From Verrucomicrobiota bacterium (GTDB taxonomy: Bacteria > Verrucomicrobiota > Verrucomicrobiia > Opitutales > Opitutaceae): 34,808 bases of DNA. Each line of letters starts with the position of its first letter. Position 1 is the first letter of the stretch. The position numbers were made by a program, and so were the translations under genes. The notes below the pieces were generated by a model. It was not told where the DNA came from. It worked only from the letters and a program-made list of their open reading frames with translations, and ran no database searches. This document shows, piece after piece, positions 1-7,901 of the stretch. The stretch spans positions 1-34,808 of the forward strand of contig JAEXPG010000059.1 in assembly GCA_023447015.1 (NCBI GenBank), read 5' to 3'.

Positions 1-1
1 G

Positions 2-1675
2 GGTTTCTTCACTCCAGGCCTTCCGACCAAGCGGCTCGGCGACCGGCTCCTCGATGCCGGTCTGATTTCGCAGAACCAGCTCGAACTGGCCCTGCGCGAG
101 CAGAAACGCACCGACAAGCTCATCGGCACGGTGCTCCAGGATCTGGGCTTCATCACCGGCCCGGCCCTGAGCGCGTTCCTCGCCAAGGATGCGCAGACCC
201 CTACGGTCGACCTCACCAAGGTCGCCTTCGATGCGGAGGTGTTCGGGCTGCTGCCGTTCGCCTTCTGCAAGGAGAACGGGCTGGTGCCGGTCGCGCGCAC
301 CGCCGACACGCTCACGCTGGCGATGGCCGACCCGTTCAACGTGGTCGCGATCGACCAGGTCGAGCAGCTCACGCATCTGCGGGTGGAGGTGCTCAACGCG
401 CCGCTCCCCGACATCCTTGAGAAACTCGCCTCGGCGCACGACCGCGCCGGCTCGCTCGACCAGACGATCGACGAGCTGATGTCGATCAAGACGCGGGTGG
501 GCGAGGACGACGCCGCGGCGCCGATGATCCGCGCGATCGACCAGCTCATCGGCGCGGCGGTCCGCAAGTCCGCCAGCGACATCCACCTCGAGCCCGATGA
601 ACGTTCGCTGCGCATCCGCATGCGGCACGACGGCGTTCTGCAGCCCTTCATGCTCGTGCCGAAGGACCTCCAGGATCCGCTCACGGCACGCATCAAGGTA
701 TTGGCGAACCTCGACGTCTCCGAGACCCGGCTGCCGCAGGACGGGCGCTTCAGCCTGACGCTCGGACGTCGCGAACTGAATCTGCGCGTGTCGTGCCTGC
801 CGACGATCTACGGCGAGAGCATCGTGATGCGCATCCTCGACAGCGGCGGGCTGGTCATGGAGCTACCCTCGCTCGGCATGCGTGCCGAGGACGAGGCCCG
901 CCTCGCGAAGGCCGTCGCCCGGCCGCACGGCATCGTTCTCGTCACCGGACCGACCGGCAGCGGCAAGACCACCACTCTCTACACTGCGCTCAACGCGGTG
1001 AACCGGCACGAGCGCGCCGTCTTCACCCTCGAGGACCCGATCGAGTACCGGTTGCCGTACATCCGGCAGACCCCGATCAACGAGAAGATCGGCCTCACTT
1101 TCAGCACCGGATTGCGGACGCTGCTCCGACAGGATCCCGACGTCCTGCTCGTCGGCGAGACGCGCGACAAGGACACCGCCCAGCTCATGGTCCGCGCCGC
1201 GCTCACCGGACACCTTGTCTTCAGCTCGCTCCACACCAACGACTCCTTTGGCGCCATTCCCCGCCTGATCGACCTCGGCGTGGAGCCTTTCCTCCTGCCG
1301 GCCACGCTGCATCTGGTCGTGGCGCAGCGGCTCGTCCGCCGCCTCTGCCCGCTCTGCCGGCAGGCGGTCGCCGACCCGGCTTCGCTGCTGCGCTCGTTCA
1401 ACCTGCCGGTACCCGCCGACCGCGAACCGACGCTCTGGAAGTCGACTGGTTGCGCCGAATGCCACAACCAGGGTTTCCGCGGGCGCGTGGCGATCTTCGA
1501 GGTGCTCGAGATCGACGATGTCTATCTGCCACTGTTGCCGACGGGCAACAGCGAGAAGATCAAAGCCGTCGCCCGCGAACGCGGCATGCCGCTGCTGTTC
1601 GATGACGGCCTGCGCCGCGCCTTCCGCGGCGACACCACGCTGGAGGAAGTCTACCGCGTGGCGTTCAACACCTGA
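2..1675 (+). CDS. gspE: Type II secretion / type IV pilus assembly ATPase (GspE/PilB/MshE family), 5'-truncated by the window edge, with an N-terminal MshEN-type domain
   Basis: The reading frame is open from nt 2, with no stop before the track's GTG at 131, and encodes GFFTPGLPTKRLGDRLLDAGLISQNQLELALREQKRTDKLIGTVLQDLGFI. Walker A is GPTGSGKTTT, Asp box/Walker B is DPDVLLVGETRD, and the His box is TGHLVFSSLHTND. A tetracysteine CPLC...CAECHNQGFRGR is present. Confidence 0.95.
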   Translation, partial: GFFTPGLPTKRLGDRLLDAGLISQNQLELALREQKRTDKLIGTVLQDLGFITGPALSAFLAKDAQTPTVDLTKVAFDAEVFGLLPFAFCKENGLVPVARTADTLTLAMADPFNVVAIDQVEQLTHLRVEVLNAPLPDILEKLASAHDRAGSLDQTIDELMSIKTRVGEDDAAAPMIRAIDQLIGAAVRKSASDIHLEPDERSLRIRMRHDGVLQPFMLVPKDLQDPLTARIKVLANLDVSETRLPQDGRFSLTLGRRELNLRVSCLPTIYGESIVMRILDSGGLVMELPSLGMRAEDEARLAKAVARPHGIVLVTGPTGSGKTTTLYTALNAVNRHERAVFTLEDPIEYRLPYIRQTPINEKIGLTFSTGLRTLLRQDPDVLLVGETRDKDTAQLMVRAALTGHLVFSSLHTNDSFGAIPRLIDLGVEPFLLPATLHLVVAQRLVRRLCPLCRQAVADPASLLRSFNLPVPADREPTLWKSTGCAECHNQGFRGRVAIFEVLEIDDVYLPLLPTGNSEKIKAVARERGMPLLFDDGLRRAFRGDTTLEEVYRVAFNT

Positions 1676-1677
1676 CC

Positions 1678-2877
1678 ATGCGCTCGTTCAGCTATCGCGC
1701 GTACAACGCCGCCGGCCAGGTTACCACCGGCTCGCTCGAGGCGGACAGCGTCGAGACGCTGGAGAACCGTTTGCGCGACGCCGGCATCTGGCTGCTCGAG
1801 GCGAAGGAGGGGAAATTGGAGCGGCGCGCGATCGTCAGCCGACTCAAGCTGAGCCGCGCCGACGTGATCGGCGTCTTTGTCCAGCTCACGCTGCTCCTGC
1901 GCGCGGGCATCACGCTCCCCAACGCGCTCCAGCGCCTCGCCGAGGACAACGAAGGGCTGAAGGCCGGTGCCGTTCTGTCGACTTTGCGCGATCAGGTGTC
2001 GATCGGCGTGCCGCTGCACCGCGCGATGACGTCCTATCCCCGCGTTTTCACGCCGGAGATCACCGCAGTGGTGGAGGCCGGCGAGATCAGCGGGCAGCTG
2101 CCGGAGGTCTTCGCCAGCCTGCAGGCCTATTTCGAATGGTGCGACCAGCTCGTGGCGGACGTCCGCCAGGCGTTGATGTACCCCGTGATCGTGATGACCG
2201 CCGCGCTCGGGCTGGTGCTCATGCTGTTCACGGTCGTGGTTCCGAAGTTCGTCACCCTGCTGAGCGAACTCTCGCTCGAGGTCCCCATGCTCACGCGGAT
2301 CGTGATGGGAATCAGCCAGGTGCTCCTGCGCGGCTGGCCGGTGCTGCTGCTCATCGGTATCGGGTTGCCGGTGGCGTTCCGCGCGGCGCTGCGGTCGCCG
2401 GATTTCGCCGTGTGGATCGACCGCCAGAAGATGGATTTGCCGGTCTTCGGCTCGCTGGTGTCGATGATCTCGCTCTCCCGTTTCAGCCACAATCTGGCGC
2501 TGCTGTACCGCTCCGGGATCCCGCTGCTGCGCGGCCTGGAGATCTGCCGCAATCTCGTGGGCAACCGCGCCCTCTCCGCCGCGCTCGAGGCCGCGCACCA
2601 GGGCGTGCTTGAGGGCAAGCCGTTGAGCCGCTGCCTGGGCGAGCACGATGTCTTTCCGCAGACGCTGGTGACGATGATCGCGACCGGCGAAACCTCCGGC
2701 ACGCTCGACGTCGCGCTCCAGGGCGTGGCGGACTACTACAACAAGATCATCCCGCGGCGCATCAAGGTGGTCTTCGCCGTCTTCAATCCGGCGATGATGT
2801 TGTCGCTGATCGCCGTCGTCGGGCTCGTGGCCCTCGCTGTGATCCTGCCCATCCTCCAGCTCTGGAACGCCCGATGA
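1678..2877 (+). CDS. gspF: Type II secretion / type IV pilus inner-membrane platform protein (GspF/PilC family)
   Basis: 399-aa ORF starting 2 nt after the ATPase stop. It has two internally repeated T2SSF-like halves (AGITLPNALQRLAED and SGIPLLRGLEICRN). Hydrophobic segments include MYPVIVMTAALGLVLMLFTVVVP, WPVLLLIGIGLPVAF and MMLSLIAVVGLVALAVILPIL. The family-typical TGETSGTLD motif lies near the C-terminus. Confidence 0.93.
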   Translation: MRSFSYRAYNAAGQVTTGSLEADSVETLENRLRDAGIWLLEAKEGKLERRAIVSRLKLSRADVIGVFVQLTLLLRAGITLPNALQRLAEDNEGLKAGAVLSTLRDQVSIGVPLHRAMTSYPRVFTPEITAVVEAGEISGQLPEVFASLQAYFEWCDQLVADVRQALMYPVIVMTAALGLVLMLFTVVVPKFVTLLSELSLEVPMLTRIVMGISQVLLRGWPVLLLIGIGLPVAFRAALRSPDFAVWIDRQKMDLPVFGSLVSMISLSRFSHNLALLYRSGIPLLRGLEICRNLVGNRALSAALEAAHQGVLEGKPLSRCLGEHDVFPQTLVTMIATGETSGTLDVALQGVADYYNKIIPRRIKVVFAVFNPAMMLSLIAVVGLVALAVILPILQLWNAR

Positions 2878-3683
2878 CGACCGCCTTCCAGCACCGGGCC
2901 GCCAACGCGGCGTTCACGCTGATCGAGATGATCGGCGTGCTGGCGATCATGGCGATCCTCGCCAGCGTCGTCGTGCCCAACGTCCTGCGCTCGATGGACC
3001 GCGCGGCGGTCAATGCCGAGGCCACCACGCTCGCGGCGCTCGGCGAGCAGACGAAGCTCTACCTGCGGGTCAACGGGGTCGCGCCGACGGCGGCGAACTG
3101 GACCACGGCCATCGGCACGCTCGCCGACATCGCGCCGGTCGACATCGCGACCAACAAGCGGGCGCTGGCCCGCTCCTACATTACCGACCCGGCGGCCACG
3201 CCAACCCCGCGGGTGATGATCCTTTCCTCGATGCGCGCGGGGCTCACGCTGCCCGTCGCCGCCAACATCACCACCGCCGCGCAGTTCCAGAGCCTGTGGC
3301 AGACGGCCGACAAGGCCGTGCCGGCGACCGCGAGCTGGGCCGGGTGGAGCGCGTGGACCGCCGTGACCGGCAGCGGCGAGTATCTGCTCATCCAGCGGGT
3401 GAACCTCGCGCCCGTCTACGCCACCGAACTGGCGAGCGTCACCCTCACGCTGAACAACCGGGGCACGGGGACGGCGAGCTACAACCTCGTGCAGCCGAGC
3501 GGCGCGAGTCTCGCAGCCGTGAACGTCGTGGCCGGAGGAAATGTTGTTCTCTCCGGGCTCGTGCCGCGCACCCGGCTCAACCTCTACCGCGCCGCCTCCG
3601 GAGCGACGCTGAACTACACCTACGTCGTTGGCACCACCGGCCGAACCTTCGACTTCGACGGAACGAACTGGATCCCGCAATGA
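2874..3683 (+). CDS. Prepilin-type N-terminal cleavage/methylation domain protein (major pilin or pseudopilin candidate), 269 aa
   Basis: ATGA overlap with the gspF stop. Class III signal: leader MTTAFQHRAANAA, then FTLIEM with Glu at +5 and the hydrophobic helix IGVLAIMAILASVVVP. The long C-terminal domain is Thr/Ala/Asn-rich and contains no Cys. Confidence 0.85.
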   Translation: MTTAFQHRAANAAFTLIEMIGVLAIMAILASVVVPNVLRSMDRAAVNAEATTLAALGEQTKLYLRVNGVAPTAANWTTAIGTLADIAPVDIATNKRALARSYITDPAATPTPRVMILSSMRAGLTLPVAANITTAAQFQSLWQTADKAVPATASWAGWSAWTAVTGSGEYLLIQRVNLAPVYATELASVTLTLNNRGTGTASYNLVQPSGASLAAVNVVAGGNVVLSGLVPRTRLNLYRAASGATLNYTYVVGTTGRTFDFDGTNWIPQ

Positions 3684-5224
3684 GCGAACCCGAAAATTTC
3701 GTTCCGCCCGAACCCGGCGGTTTCGTTCCTCCCGAGCCGGGTGGTTTTGTCCCGCCGGACTTCGCCGAGCCCGCAGCCTCCACCGAGGCGCAACCGGCGC
3801 CGGGCGCCTCGGCCCGGCGCAAAGTCTCGCGCCGCAGCAGCGACCAGCTCGGCATCGTGTGGCTCCGCGGCACGCTCCATGTCGGCGTGCGGCGCCAGCG
3901 CAAGACCCTCGGCCAGTGGAGCAGCCCCGTCCCGGTGCGCACGGTCGAGGAGTTTGCCACCGCGCTCGACACCGCGTTGGCGAACGTGAAGTTCGAGGGG
4001 ACCGACACCTTTCTGGTCTACGAGGGCGATCAGTTTGTCCACCAGGTCGAGGCGGCTCCAGGGTTCTCCGCCAACGCCACGAAGACCTACCTGCAGAGCC
4101 GGGTCGACCGGTATGCCAAGGAGAAGGGCCCGGTGTTGTGGGTGCCGCAGCCGGCGACCGGGCCGAAGGAGGAGAAGGCGTTTCTGCTGCACCTGATGCC
4201 GCGGGCGTTCTACAACCAGCTCCGCCGGATCTTCATCGCGCGGAGACTGGACCTGACCCGCATCTTTCCGATGGTCGTCCCGGTGCAGCGGGAGATGAAC
4301 GGCTTTCCGATTCCGCGCGGGATGCCTGCGCTGGTCGCCGCCGAGGTCGCCGATGCGACGATCATCGTGGTGGCGCAGATGGGGGGACCGCTCCTGTTCA
4401 CCCGCACCATCCTTGCTTCGCTCGAGGAGGCGCCGGAGCGCGTCGCGATCGAGATCAACCGTTCGCTGCTCTACGCGAAGCAGCAGTTCAACGTCTCGGT
4501 CGACCGCATCTGGCTGGTGACGCGCACCGGGCGCGCCAACGAGGAGGTGTCGGCCAAGTGCGGCGCCGGCAAGATGGTGATGGTGCTCCCGACCCAGCCG
4601 GAGGAGTGGGTGGTCAACGCCTCACGGGTCGCGCGGACCCATCCGGTGAACCTGATCTCCGGATACATCCGGCGGAAACGGCGCGACCAGTTCATCCGCC
4701 TCGGGCTCATGGCGATCGGCTGGCTCTCGCTGGCCAACCTCGGGCAGAAGCTCTGGGACGCCAACGAACGCTGGGGGTGGGAACGCGGACGCCTCGAAGC
4801 CGTGGCTTCGCGGGAGCCGGAGCTGACGGAGGAACGCGATCGCCTCGCGGTGCGCAACCGGAAGCTGGAGGAGGAGAGGGCGCTGCGGGAGCGGATCACG
4901 CAGGAGACGCTCCCGCCGGTTCCGCCGAAGCTGCTGGTCCACCTCGCGACGGTGCTTCCGCCCGACGTCCGCCTCACCGATTTCGGCGTGAAATGGAACG
5001 AGGAGACAGCGGCGTGGACGTTCCAGTGCGAGGGACTGATCGTGGGCGACGACGACTCGGCTCGCGAGGCGCTCATGGCGCTGCAGCGCCATCTGGCGAA
5101 GGGCCCGCTCCGCATCCGCTTCGCCGAAAACCAGACCGGCTTCGGCCGCGCTGCCATGGGGGGGAATTCGTCGGCCGTTACCCAACAGCGTTTCAACCTC
5201 GAGGGCACACTCTTTGAAAATTAA
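3680..5224 (+). CDS. PilM-PilN fusion / GspL-like assembly protein (cytoplasmic domain + TM + coiled coil + periplasmic domain)
   Basis: The ATG at 3680 overlaps the pilin stop (ATGA); the track ORF 3296..5224 is the same frame with a spurious N-extension. The 514-aa protein has a Pro-rich repeat N-terminus and a ~300-aa soluble domain. A single TM follows (FIRLGLMAIGWLSLANLG), then a charged coiled coil (ERGRLEAVASREPELTEERDRLAVRNRKLEEERALRERI) and a small C-terminal alpha/beta-like domain. The assignment rests on architecture and operon position, not on a strong motif. Confidence 0.6.
   Translation: MSEPENFVPPEPGGFVPPEPGGFVPPDFAEPAASTEAQPAPGASARRKVSRRSSDQLGIVWLRGTLHVGVRRQRKTLGQWSSPVPVRTVEEFATALDTALANVKFEGTDTFLVYEGDQFVHQVEAAPGFSANATKTYLQSRVDRYAKEKGPVLWVPQPATGPKEEKAFLLHLMPRAFYNQLRRIFIARRLDLTRIFPMVVPVQREMNGFPIPRGMPALVAAEVADATIIVVAQMGGPLLFTRTILASLEEAPERVAIEINRSLLYAKQQFNVSVDRIWLVTRTGRANEEVSAKCGAGKMVMVLPTQPEEWVVNASRVARTHPVNLISGYIRRKRRDQFIRLGLMAIGWLSLANLGQKLWDANERWGWERGRLEAVASREPELTEERDRLAVRNRKLEEERALRERITQETLPPVPPKLLVHLATVLPPDVRLTDFGVKWNEETAAWTFQCEGLIVGDDDSAREALMALQRHLAKGPLRIRFAENQTGFGRAAMGGNSSAVTQQRFNLEGTLFEN
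3698..3757 (+). repeat. In-frame tandem repeat: 2.5 copies of a 24-nt unit encoding FVPPEPGG
   Basis: The units are ttcgttccgcccgaacccggcggt / ttcgttcctcccgagccgggtggt / tttgtcccgccg. The copies differ only at synonymous positions. Confidence 0.85.
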
Positions 5225-5855
5225 CCTCAAGGCCGCACGGCAGGACACTTGGGATTTCCTCACCGTGATCCCCGGTTGGCCCGATGCTGGACGGATCGCG
5301 CGGACGCTCTATGTGCTCCCGTTGGTGGTGCCGTTCGTCGCATTGCTCGGGCTGGCGTGCTGGGACCGTCTCTGGCGCGAGCCGCGGATTCGGGAGGTGC
5401 GGGCGATCTGCCAGCCGGCATTGCAGCTCGAGGAGGAGATTGCCGCGCTTCGTCTCCAGTGGTCGGAGGATCAGGCCACGGAGTCGGCGGCCAGCACCAC
5501 GGCGCTGATGGCCGGGCTGCTCCGGGGGCCCGACGAGCTCGACCTCCAGGTGGTGGCGATGCGGCAGGCGGCGACGGCCCATGGCTGGGCCGCCACGATT
5601 CACGCCAACGATCCCGAGGCCGAGAATCCCGGTGCCACCGGGCTGGTGCACCGGAGCGTGCGCGGCCGGCTCGTGCCGGCGCCCGAGAACCGCGCCGCCT
5701 TCGCTTCGCTGCTGGCGTTGCTTGAGCAACTGCCGCCTCCCGGAAAACACGGCAGCCTCACCCGCCTGACCGTGCGCGCCGATGAACAGGGCCGTCTCGC
5801 CGTCGAATTTGGCGTGCGCTACGCCGCCCGTCCCCCCGATGCGAAAGCTCCTTAA
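5214..5855 (+). CDS. PilO/GspM-like bitopic inner-membrane assembly protein (hypothetical)
   Basis: 213-aa ORF overlapping the previous stop by 11 nt. It has an N-terminal TM (LYVLPLVVPFVALLGLACW), a short coiled coil (LQLEEEIAALRLQW) and a C-terminal soluble domain. The track start is TTG at 5214; a GTG at 5265 is an alternative. The assignment comes from topology and position only. Confidence 0.5.
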   Translation: MKINLKAARQDTWDFLTVIPGWPDAGRIARTLYVLPLVVPFVALLGLACWDRLWREPRIREVRAICQPALQLEEEIAALRLQWSEDQATESAASTTALMAGLLRGPDELDLQVVAMRQAATAHGWAATIHANDPEAENPGATGLVHRSVRGRLVPAPENRAAFASLLALLEQLPPPGKHGSLTRLTVRADEQGRLAVEFGVRYAARPPDAKAP

Positions 5856-6369
5856 CAAGCCCTGGTTTGTCGCCCTGCTGGCGATTGCCGCCCTGCTCGT
5901 CGTGGGCCGGGAGTTTCTTCCGGGCGGCAAGAAGCCGGCCGCACCCGTCCCCGGCATCGAGGCCGCGGAGGACGGGCAGTCGGTGGGCGACGACGGCGAG
6001 TCCGGTCCACGGCTCCCCGTGACCGAAGCACTCAAGGCGATCTCGCGGCCGGTCGACGGGCGCGATCCGTTCGCGTTGCCGCCCAAACCGGCCGCGCCCG
6101 ATTCCGAGGTGGCGACCGGCACCGCTGCAGCGGAGACCTCGCATCATCTCCGCGTCTCCGCCGTCTGGTTACAGGGCGAGGCCACGCTCGTTCTCGCGAA
6201 CGGCCGCATCTGCACACCGGGCGAGTCCGTCGGCGACTTCACGATCGAAAGCGCCGCGATCGACGGCGCCTGGATCAATCACCCGGGTGGTCGTGCGTTC
6301 GTGCCGGTCGGCACGGACTTCGTCCTGAAGACCACCAAACCGAACGTCCCCGCCCCAACTTCCAAATGA
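5839..6369 (+). CDS. PilP/GspC-like secretin-associated protein (hypothetical, membrane-anchored)
   Basis: I chose the internal ATG at 5839 (MRKLLNKPWFVALLAIAALLVV, a signal anchor) rather than the track start at 5782. It has a Pro/Ala-rich linker and a small C-terminal beta-type domain (HLRVSAVWLQGEATLVLANGRICTPGESVGDFTIESAAIDGAWI). It overlaps the secretin start (ATGA at 6366). Confidence 0.5.
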   Translation: MRKLLNKPWFVALLAIAALLVVGREFLPGGKKPAAPVPGIEAAEDGQSVGDDGESGPRLPVTEALKAISRPVDGRDPFALPPKPAAPDSEVATGTAAAETSHHLRVSAVWLQGEATLVLANGRICTPGESVGDFTIESAAIDGAWINHPGGRAFVPVGTDFVLKTTKPNVPAPTSK

Positions 6370-7901
6370 AACCACGCACGTCCCTTCCGCTCCGGGTGCT
6401 GTTGCTCGCGGCGCCTCTCCTCGCCCCTCTGGCCGCCGCCGAGGACGCTGCGCCACCCGCTTCCTCCGCTGCTCCGTCGGCCGCGCCCGTGGCGGCAGTC
6501 CCGGCCGTGGTGCCGTCCGCCATGTTCAGCTTCCGTGCCGACGGAGTCCCGATCAAGCAGGCGCTGGCCCTCTTCGCCCGCGCCAACAGCCTCAACATCG
6601 TCCCGGATCTCGACATCGAGGGCGACGTGACCGTGGAGTTTCGCGACCTTCCGCTCGATCTCGCGATGCAGGCGCTGCTCGACGCGAACGGCTACTACTT
6701 CGTGCAGGACGGCCGGCTTCTGCGCGTGCGCAACCGCGAGACGCGGCTCTTCCAGGTCGACTACATCCACGTGACGCGTTCCGGGCAGGGGTCGAACGCG
6801 GTGCAGATCAGTTCCGGCGGCTCGTCATCCTCCGGCGGCAGCAGCACCAGCGGTGGTGGCAGCGGCGGCGGTGCGGGAGGCGCCGAAGGTTCGACGATGA
6901 CCGTCACCAACACTTCCACCATCAACTTCTGGGGGGACCTCGGCGAACAGCTCAAGAGCATGGTCTCCGAGTCGGGCTCGTTCACGATCAACAGCCTCGC
7001 GGGCACGATCCTCGTGCGCGACCGGCACCGGAACGTCGAGACGATCGCCAACTACCTCGCCAGCGTGACCCAGAGCATCGTGCGCCAAGTCGATCTCGAA
7101 GTTGAGATCTACGAGGTCGCGCTGAACAACACGAGCGAGCTGGGGATCAATTGGCAGAAGGTCTCCAGTACCCTCGATTCCACGTTCAGCACGATTCCCG
7201 GGCAGCTCGGCATCCCCAGCTCGGGCGGACTCATCGTGCAGAATCCCATCTTCGGCGGCGTGCCGCCCGCCACCGGCATCCGCATCACCCACCAGCGCGG
7301 CTCGATCTCGGCGGTCCTCGACGCCCTGAAACAGCAGGGTGACCTCAAGGTCGTTTCCAAACCCCGGCTGCGCACGCTCAACAACCAGCCGGCGGTCGTG
7401 CGGGTGGGGCAGGATCTGCCCGTCTTCGTGACCCAGGTGACGCAGTCTCCGGGCAGCCCACCGGTGATCTCGACCAACGAGTCGATCCAGACGATCACCG
7501 TCGGCACCGTGCTCTCGATCACGCCGCAGGTCTCCGCCGACGGCCTGGTCACGCTCGACATCACGCCGGCGGTGAGCCGACTCGTGCGCACCGAGACCTC
7601 GGCAACGGGGAACACCAACGCGCCGGTGATCGACATCCGCCAGGCCTCCTCGATCGTGCGCGTGCGCGACGGTGCCACGATCATCATGGGTGGCCTCGTG
7701 CAGGACTCGTCCACCTCGACGCGCCGGAAGGTGCCGGTGCTGGGCGACATCCCGCTGCTGGGAAAAGCCTTCACCGGAACCTACAAGACTTCCGAACGGA
7801 CCGAGCTCGTGTTCTTCCTCACCCCGCGAATCGTCGCCGACGCGACCCGGGAGGATTCCGCCGCGCGTCCCCCGACTCCGCCGCCGACTCCTGCGCCATG
7901 A
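6366..7901 (+). CDS. gspD: Outer-membrane secretin (GspD/PilQ family)
   Basis: Signal peptide MKPRTSLPLRVLLLAAPLLAPLAAA. N0/STN-like domain (VPIKQALALFARANSLNIVPD...). Secretin core LKVVSKPRLRTLNNQPAVVRVGQDLPVF. C-terminal signature VPVLGDIPLLGKAFTG...TELVFFLTPRIV. Confidence 0.93.
   Translation: MKPRTSLPLRVLLLAAPLLAPLAAAEDAAPPASSAAPSAAPVAAVPAVVPSAMFSFRADGVPIKQALALFARANSLNIVPDLDIEGDVTVEFRDLPLDLAMQALLDANGYYFVQDGRLLRVRNRETRLFQVDYIHVTRSGQGSNAVQISSGGSSSSGGSSTSGGGSGGGAGGAEGSTMTVTNTSTINFWGDLGEQLKSMVSESGSFTINSLAGTILVRDRHRNVETIANYLASVTQSIVRQVDLEVEIYEVALNNTSELGINWQKVSSTLDSTFSTIPGQLGIPSSGGLIVQNPIFGGVPPATGIRITHQRGSISAVLDALKQQGDLKVVSKPRLRTLNNQPAVVRVGQDLPVFVTQVTQSPGSPPVISTNESIQTITVGTVLSITPQVSADGLVTLDITPAVSRLVRTETSATGNTNAPVIDIRQASSIVRVRDGATIIMGGLVQDSSTSTRRKVPVLGDIPLLGKAFTGTYKTSERTELVFFLTPRIVADATREDSAARPPTPPPTPAP
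6810..6893 (+). repeat. Gly/Ser low-complexity linker inside the secretin (SSGGSSSSGGSSTSGGGSGGGAGGAEGS)
   Basis: Read directly from the translation (secretin residues 149-176). It sits between the N0-like domain and the following secretin N-domains. Confidence 0.8.

Noticed and set aside
3296-3679. N-terminal extension of ORF 3296..5224 overlapping the pilin gene
   Set aside because: It is an alternative-frame read-through of the pilin coding region with Arg-rich composition. The ATGA-coupled start at 3680 fits the operon pattern.
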